A DNA stretch of 63,150 nt, counting the filler, from Octopus bimaculoides (Eukaryota), in assembly GCF_001194135.2 (NCBI RefSeq). It is 6 parts of 6 records of this genome, joined end to end, with 100 filler letters (N's around TTAATTAATTAA, not from the genome) between each part and the next. Parts side by side here need not be neighbours in the genome. Positions count along the whole stretch, not along the records: positions 54,597 to 63,150 come from NC_068987.1; 5 more parts are not named here. One strand, 5' to 3'. Positions 54,497 to 63,150 of the stretch are shown piece by piece. Numbering within the stretch: position 1 is the first letter of the stretch; each line of letters opens with the position of its first letter. The notes beneath the pieces were generated by a model. It was not told where the DNA came from and searched no databases. It worked only from the letters and a program-made list of their open reading frames with translations. The position numbers and the translations under genes were made by a program.

Positions 54497-55639
54497 NNNN
54501 NNNNNNNNNNNNNNNNNNNNNNNNNNNNNNNNNNNNNNNNTTAATTAATTAANNNNNNNNNNNNNNNNNNNNNNNNNNNNNNNNNNNNNNNNNNNNTATA
54601 TATATATATATATATATATATAATGTATATATAAGTGTCTTTATGACAATGTAATTTTTCTCCGTTAAACTTTTCTTTTACCTGTTATTTTTCTTTTGTT
54701 TCAGTCAGTGGACTGCAGCCATGCTGGAGCGCTACTTCCAATGATTTGAGTGGATTCATCGATCTCAATACTTCTTTAAAAAAATTTTAGTACTGGTACT
54801 TATTCTATCGATCTCCTTTGCCGAATTGCTAAGTTGCGTGAACGTAAATAAACCAGCACCACTTATCAATCGGTGGTCGAGACAAACACAAACACATACG
54901 TACATTGATATATACATACACACACTTACAGAATGACAAAATAGATAGATAGAAAAGGACTTCTTTCAGTTTTCGCCCATCAAATCCACTCATAAGGCTT
55001 TAGTCAACCTCAGGCTTTAGAAGACATTTGCCCAAGGTGCCACGCTGTGAGACTGAACCCGAAACCTTGTGGCTGGGAAGTAATCTTCTTACCATACAGC
55101 CACGCCTGTGGGTAAAGACCAGGTATATTATAAGACACTCGAATTCCACGTTGTGGCGTTGAACCGGATGGCTGCTATTCAGTTTATTCTTAAAGATCCG
55201 AATACTTTACGCTGTTAATAAGTGGCGCATAATGTCACAATAAACGGCATTGCATTCACTATACAAATTTACATCACACTGTACATACTTTATACAATTC
55301 TGTAGTTCGTACACGAAAGAACGCGAAGCACTAATGAACTGTTCTGTAATATGCTTCAATGTACGAGCTAAAGAAGAGGCTCTACTTGCCAGAAATAGCC
55401 GTCCAATCTCCTTCAGTCACGTTCCTTTATGAAAGGATGACTAGATTGGATTACGAAACCTTGGCAGGTTTTGTCTCAAAAAAAAAAAAAGAAAACAGGT
55501 TGATCAGTGCCGGAATCTGCTTGAACATTACTCTACTGAATTCAGGGTTGACCCAGGATTAACAACAACGCTTCCACGTAGCAAACTGCGTCATGCTTTA
55601 ACCAATACTCCTAGCGAGTGAACAAGGAATCCATCTATC

Positions 55640-58600
55640 TTGTTGCCAGAACGGTTCGAAATAGCAACCAAATCTCCGCAAATCATATCCGACCATCTCA
55701 CCATAATGTTAAAATTAACAGGTGACATCTATGCCAAATTAATGCGAAATCTGCAGAAACAACAATTTCGCTGTACATCTGTAATTACTGGAATACTTGG
55801 TTATGTAACTAACTCCCTCAGCACCAATCTTGAAAAGCTGAGCTTCCAAACCAAGAAGGACACAGCTAATTAGGAAATTTCAATTACAAGGCAGTAATGG
55901 AACTGTGAAATGTATAAACTTTGCAAAAGTTTAGCTTGTAGTATGTGTATATGCATATGTATAGACGTATAGAGATTTGAGAGCGAATAGACATATTACT
56001 CGACACAGGGAGACACAGAGAGACATAGATACATACGTACATATATAGACAGACGTACTTGCATGCACACATACATGCATTGTACATACATACATACATA
56101 CATACATACATACATACATACATACATACATACATACATACATACGTACATATAATAATTTGCATACATGCATACATGCATCGTACATACATGACAAAAC
56201 GTTTTGCCACGTTGTTAGATACCGGTTTAAATTCTACAAAGAACTTAGATCGCAAGGAAAACCATACATACGTGTACATACATATAAATATAAATACATA
56301 CATACATACATATATCCCATCCATCCATTTCTCCATCCATCCTTACATACATACATACATACATACACACATACATACATACATACATACACACATACAT
56401 ACATACATACATACATACATACATACATACATACATACATACATACATACATGAATCCATAGCTATGTAGAAGATGGCTAAATTCCAATTAAAATATCTT
56501 ATTTCTATATAAGCAACCAACTCTTCCTCTGTTGGTGAGAAATTTGAAAAATAAACTAGAGCATAGTTATATACATGCATACATACATACATACATACAT
56601 ACATACATACATACATACATTTCTTGATTCAGCAATTGGTGTAGTAGCTCTCACTGTAAAGGATATAGTCATTGAAATAAAGTAACAGGAGCTAACAAGG
56701 GAAAATCTGATGCATAAATGAGATAGAATTGCAGGTTAAATATTTAGATGTGACAACTGATGCAGTACCAGTGGATTCAACACCAAATATGCTGTCCACA
56801 TAAGCAGCTGTGCCAAAATGCTATCCATAGAATGGATAGTTTTGAAGATAAAAATATTAAACTTTTAGTTATGTGGAGTGCATGCTCATTTATAATATCA
56901 AAGAATACTACCGGAAATTTTCTATGAGAGCCTCAGTAAAATTTAGATGTAACAGACCAGGTGTAAGGATCTTGGAAATGTAATGAAAGTATGCAGAGTA
57001 GGATGAATAAGTTTACACGGCAGATGTTAATTAACAATGTTAAAGATTAATGAAAAAATAACTATGCCCAGGTAATGAGAAATCTATATATAGCATAGCC
57101 CTGACTTTAGCTTTAGATGTTTTTTTGATTATTGGATATGTTAGGAACAGTCTTAGCCCCAATAGAAAAAAACTGCTTTGCAAAATCAGCAAACACTCGG
57201 CTAATTAGGAAATAACTATTAGACGACATTAATGTAACTGAGAGTAAATGTAGAACATCCCTGAAGCATGTAATAAATACATAAACACACGAGTAGAAAA
57301 TACGAATATATGTGTATATAAACATATATACGTTAAACACAGATTTATACATGCAGTAACATACAAGCATCCACACATACATAGGTATTTGCTTACATGA
57401 TTACGTACACATTCATTGGTACATACACACACATATATGCATGCATACGCACACACATCAAGGCAACGACTACATTTTGAGCAATACCGATGCTTTTTTG
57501 TCTTGTCTTAAATATCAGCAGTACACGCACTTCGCGACTGGCTTGAAATTTGCGAAGAGTCTAAATAATCCCCAAAAATCCTCTGCGGGACAGGGAGGAG
57601 ACTGCGTGTATGTGTACATACATACATACATACATACATACATACATACATACATNNNNNNNNNNCATACATACATACATACATACATACATACATTCAT
57701 ACATACATACATTTAGTTACTCTGTCCAGATTACAAGTTTTGCAGTTACTCTATCCAGTTCATGGTTATACCTGTAATTACTGAGGCCCTGGGATGTGTA
57801 ACACACTGCCTAAATACCAATCTTCAGAAATTAAGTTTCTCAAAACCAGAAAGGAAAGAACTAATTCCATCACTGGAACTGTAAAAATCCCTAAAACTTT
57901 CCTAAAGTTTATCATTTAAATATTTATGAACATGTCTAGATATGCAACTACATGCATGGGAATACGTACATAAAGCATATAAATCTGCACATACATACAT
58001 ACATGCATACATGCATACATACATACATACATACATACATACATACATACATACATACACACAGACATTCNNNNNNNNNNNNNNNNNNNNNNNNNNNNNN
58101 NNNNNNNNNNNNNNNNNNNNNNNNNNNNNNNNNNNNNNNNNNNNNNNNNNNNNNNNNNNNNNNNNNNNNNNNNNNNNNNNNNNNNNNNNNNNNNNNNNNN
58201 NNNNNNNNNNNNNNNNNNNNNNNNNNNNNNNNNNNNNNNNNNNNNNNNNNNNNNNNNNNNNNNNNNNNNNNNNNNNNNNNNNTAAATCTGCACATACATA
58301 CATACATGCATACATGCATACATACATACATACATACATACATACATACATACATACATACACACAGACATTCATACAAACAAATATACTCTGTTGTTGA
58401 TGTTGAAATTCCAATGAAGGAGCCTTGGATCTAGGTTAGAAACCGGTTCTTTCTCTATTGGCAATAAATCTTCAAATAAACTCAATAATATCATACGAAA
58501 ATACCCTGAAACCTTGAAATAAAACTGAACAACGACATACATACATACATACATACATACATACATACATACATACATACATACATACATACATACATTC

Positions 58601-58800
58601 ATACATACGATGTTAGGTATATTCATATGTTCCAGCATAATATATATTGGTGAAGCATCAAAATTTCCATTAATTATAAAGACAATAGTCCCGATATAGC
58701 TGATTAACAGTGAAGACAAAAGTGTTAACTGTTGTAGATAAGAGTTGTGCAGAGGATATGAACATTACATTAAATGTAGGAGAAAAAGAAAATTGTTATG
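55640..58800 (+). mobile_element. Cluster of REL-endonuclease non-LTR retrotransposon 3' fragments interleaved with (CATA)n arrays
   Basis: 55730-55870 YAKLMRNLQ...VITGILGYVTNSLSTNLEKLSF; 57715-57910 VIPVITEALGCVTHCLNTNLQKLSF; 58640-58800 NSPDI...[24 protein letters not shown]. Confidence 0.65.
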
Positions 58801-59060
58801 GTTGACTGCTTCAAAAGCTACGGCTTCTCTACCTTTAATCTTTTATGTTTTAATTTTTTCAGTCATTTGAGTGCGGCCATGCTGGGACACTGCTTTGAAG
58901 TTGTTTTAGTCGAACTAATCGACCCCAGACCTTATTATTTTTGTAAAGCCTTGTACTTATTCCATCGGTTAATTTTGCCGAACTGCTAGGTTACGGTGAT
59001 GTAAACACACCAACACTGGTTGTCAAGCAATGGTGGAGAGCAATCAGAGACACAAATGCA

Positions 59061-59095
<35 letters not shown>

Positions 59096-59156
59096 ACATA
59101 CACACACACATATATATATATATACACGTACATACATACATACATACATACATACA

Positions 59157-59188
<32 letters not shown>

Positions 59189-59190
59189 CG
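56040..59190. repeat. Multiple (CATA)n arrays
   Basis: Arrays at about 56085-56145, 56345-56450, 56575-56620, 57618-57712, 57990-58060, 58290-58360, 58536-58608 and 59130-59185. Confidence 0.95.
57450..57605 (-). mobile_element. Possible piggyBac-type Cys-rich C-terminal remnant
   Basis: KPVAKCVYC* then, after a frameshift, KHRYCSKCSRCL resembles the piggyBac C-x2-C...C-x2-C domain. Short and decayed. Confidence 0.3.
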
Positions 59191-59666
59191 ACAGGCTTCT
59201 TTCAGTTTCCGTCTACCAAATCTATTCACATTGCCTTGGTCGTGAAGATGCTATAGGAGAAGGCACTTGCCCAAGGCACAATACAGTGGGACTGAACCCG
59301 GAGCCATGTGGCTTGGAAGCAAACTTCTTACCACACAGCTACGCCTGAACCTACATGTTTTATATTTATTCCGATAATCATTGATGTATTTGGTTATGTT
59401 AATGTTAATGTTAATGTTTTTTTTACTTGTTCAGTCATTTGACTGCGACCATACTGGAGCACCGCCTTTAATCGAACAAATCGACTCCAGGACTTATTCT
59501 TTGTAAGCCTAGTACTTATTCTATCGGTTTTTTCTTTTTTGTTTTTTTTGTTTTTTTTTTTGCTGAATTGCTAAGTTACGGGGACATAAACACACCAAGA
59601 TCGGTTTTTCAAGCGATGGTGGCGGGGACAAACACAGACACACAAATTCATATATCTACATATATC

Positions 59667-59707
<41 letters not shown>

Positions 59708-60280
59708 AGCTTTATTTGATAACCAGGTAATCTAGCAATCGGGGCCTCAATTCAGTGAGGGGTGGGCCGGTGCGCAATGATGCCGTCAGAAACAGGCTCC
59801 GAAACGGCGCGAAGTCTCTCCTTATGATCCCATACACTTGCTGGCTTCCGGTATGCGCAGCTTTTGACTGGCAGCACTTGCATGTGCAAGGTTTTTTAAA
59901 AACATCTCATTAGCACACAGGCAAAATGCTTAGCAACATTTCGTCTGTCTTTGTGTTCCGAGTTCAAATGCTACCAGGGTCAACTTTGCCTTTCATCCTT
60001 TTGGGTTGATAAAATAAGTACCAGTTGAAAACTAGGGTCAATCTAATCGACTTACGCCTATCCTGAAATTTCTGGCCTTGTGCCAAAATATGAAATCAAT
60101 ATTAAATCAATATTAAGGGATGCAGGTCTCAGTGTTTCGACGATGTTGTGAAATGCCAAAAATTGCGGTATATGATAGTCTGATGACGCATGCTATATTG
60201 GTGGTGGTGGTGGTGGTGGTGGTGGTGGTGGTGAAATGTTAGTGGTGAGTTGTGGTAGTTATGGTGGTTTTCATGGGTGT

Positions 60281-60322
<42 letters not shown>

Positions 60323-60406
60323 ATGCTGGACAATGGCAATGCAGTGATTGCATTGTAGGTAGGTAGGTGACAGAGAGACAAGCAGTTATCAGAAAGACAC
60401 ACAGGC

Positions 60407-60440
<34 letters not shown>

Positions 60441-60699
60441 CCAAATTTGATGTTACGTGTCAGCTGAAGCGAATCTTTAAGGAATCTATCATATTGATGT
60501 CTTAAATGACGCTCAGAGTGACTAAATGCACCCTACAACAAGCACTCACGCATACTATGTCTTTACTCAAAAACACATATGCACATTCATAGACAAGCAT
60601 ACACATAACTAAATTCAGAAAAGCGGTATAATGAACACAAATCTCATCGCACACCTTCCTTCTCCTCTCCTCCCCTCCCGTTCCTTTCACCTTTCAGTC

Positions 60700-61080
60700 A
60701 CGTTTCCTTAGCCTTCTCTGTCGAACATTCTAGATTATAATTCAGGACGACTCTACTAAATCTTTTATATCCCATATTGAAAAGGAATGCGTGAAACGTA
60801 AGGGTTTACAGTGTAAAACTTTTTAACAACTTCCGCAGTCATCTACTGTACGGCTCTTCTAATGAACCGTAACCGATAAATATCAACGAATGTCAGCAGT
60901 ACCATTATTTGCAGAACTTATTGCAGCCATGAATTCTTTGCAATGTCTTGTTTCCTTGCTAACCTCCAGGTCACATCTCTTTACAGCTCCAAAATGGCGA
61001 ACTTCACTGAGACAGTTTTAAAGGCGTTCTTTGCTGACAGCCTAAATTTGTTCAGTATGTCTTCATTTACCGATATAAAA
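60700..61080 (-). mobile_element. Decayed RTE-like LINE C-terminal remnant
   Basis: Fragments VH*KSRT and NVRQRRLR resemble the RTE post-RT region (W..K..N and RRLRF). Confidence 0.35.
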
Positions 61081-61147
61081 TATTTCCATATTAGTCAGGC
61101 AGATGTATATTAAAATATTCTCAATGCTCAATCCTCAATGCTTACAT

Positions 61148-61210
<63 letters not shown>

Positions 61211-61254
61211 TACATGCATGCATGCATACATACCTACATGCATACATGCATACA

Positions 61255-61288
<34 letters not shown>

Positions 61289-61464
61289 AGTTAATGTACA
61301 TAAATTATATGTATTAAATTTGTATGACAATGCGTATACACATATAAATATAAATGCTGTAAATAATGGCATTTAACTATGGAGATGAAAATCCCTTTGG
61401 AATAGAAAAAGTCAAGGACTACCCTTCACAGAGGTAGATAGATAGATAGATAGATAGATAGATG

Positions 61465-61539
<75 letters not shown>

Positions 61540-63119
61540 TTAACCAGGTGAGGTAAGTAATAGGATAATGAAACGCATTTAGGTGCAGCACTCTATCGTT
61601 TGTGATATTCATTTACCTTGAATCTATATTTCTTCCTTATTAATATTTATATTATTGTTAGGCTCAATACTAGAATTTTAAAGAAATGATGTATTATTGA
61701 TTATATACACCCGAGTATACTCACTCAACCGATCCTGCTCCGGCAGAATGAAAATCTAAACTGAACTCGATTGGATTTCAAATAAGAACGTAAAGGAAAC
61801 TAATGAAATTAGTGCAATGCATTTTGTGACAAGGACTACAAAATCTGCTAGAAACAATCTTATAATGTGTCGTTAATATTAATTACTAATCGATAGAAGG
61901 CGGCTAGCTGGCAGAGTCGTTAGCATGCTGGACGAAATGCTTAGCATTATTTCGCCTGTCGCTACGTTCTGAGTTCAAATTCCGCCGCGGTCGAGTTTGC
62001 CTTTCCTCCCTTCGGTGTCGATAAATTAAGTACCAATGAAATTCTGGGGGCGATGTGATCAACTAGTTCCTTCCTACGAAATGTCAGGCCTTGTGCCCTA
62101 TAATAATTACTAATCGATAGAGGAACTCAAATTTTGGGGCGGGAAATAAGTCGGGTGTATGAATTCCAAAACTTAAATGACATTATATTTTACCATCCAG
62201 GGAACAAAAAAAATTAATAAACCGCAGGTTCAAAAACATGAAAACAATAAATGGTGGTGATGATACTCTGTACAAAGAATACAGTGAGATTTCTTTCATA
62301 GGGACTTCAGGTTTTCCCCTAGATGAATCCACAGTTAATAGCGAACTTGATGTTCCAGTGAAATCAATACTATCAATAACTACATGTAGGCACAGGCGTG
62401 ATTGTGTGGTAAAAAGCTTGCTTCCGAACCACATGGTTCTGGGTACAGTCCCATTGCGTGGCATCTTGGGCAAGTGTCTTCTACTATAGGCACGGGCCGA
62501 CCAAAGCCGTGTTATGCAGCCTGCTTCTCGAATAATGTTGCCCATGCCAAGCTTAGAACAACATTCTTAGATCCATTCACGTTTCTAACTCTTCTCCGTT
62601 TCACCTTTTACATGAAGAGAGGTTGATAGTGACGCTCTTATTATCGCATTTTTGTTGACAGTGCCAAGGATGTTGGAAATGATATTGTTATTGATAAAAT
62701 CATCATTGCCGGATGTCAAGTTGTTTAACAGTTAGCTCCAGCATATTTTCATAGATTATTCGACAGTTATTGCACTTGCATGCTAGCTCTTTGTATTTTG
62801 ATATTAAGATCGCACGCTTAATCTCTTAGTTGTTGTTACTTTGCTTCCTTGCTTTTTTTTTAGGATTCTACTGTACGTATGTTGCGATATCAACAGCAGC
62901 TTTTATCTTGTTTATTTCGTGTATTGCATTGTGATAAGTTATAATGTTCTAAATAAACCGTAAATTACTGCAAAACTAAATTTATCTCACAGAAATCTAA
63001 CAGCTACAACACACTGAAAAACAGACTAATCACATAGATGCGAAAATCCTCCTAGTTATAGAGTGAATATCTGCATTGATAAAAGAAATTACTCATGAAA
63101 CACAATATAACATGTATCA

Positions 63120-63150
<31 letters not shown>

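Overview
AT-rich, microsatellite-dense, gap-ridden animal genomic DNA. The repeat families suggest a coleoid cephalopod, probably Octopus (inference, not database-checked). Almost all ORFs in the supplied track are microsatellite, N-gap or transposon artefacts. Two spliced + strand genes can be reconstructed by hand. The first is a proline-rich CD225/dispanin (IFITM/PRRT-like) membrane protein (exons 18507-18748, 24644-24754, 27890-28105; first coding exon unresolved). The second is a secreted PAN/apple-domain protein (exons 38840-38875 and 39350-39607, possibly 39776-39792); its best-fitting first exon (11718-11790) lies upstream of the whole dispanin gene. The rest is decayed transposons (Tc1/IS630-like, mariner, Helitron, Tx1/L1-like, RTE, R4/Dong-like and other REL non-LTR elements, Penelope-like GIY-YIG) and tRNA-derived SINEs. 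At least five hammerhead-ribozyme-like motifs occur in the first 21 kb. The top finding is at 6847-6906 (- strand): a hammerhead with intact catalytic boxes, a GUC cleavage triplet and perfect helices I and III, but with its three strands in a non-circularly permuted order that fits none of types I, II or III.
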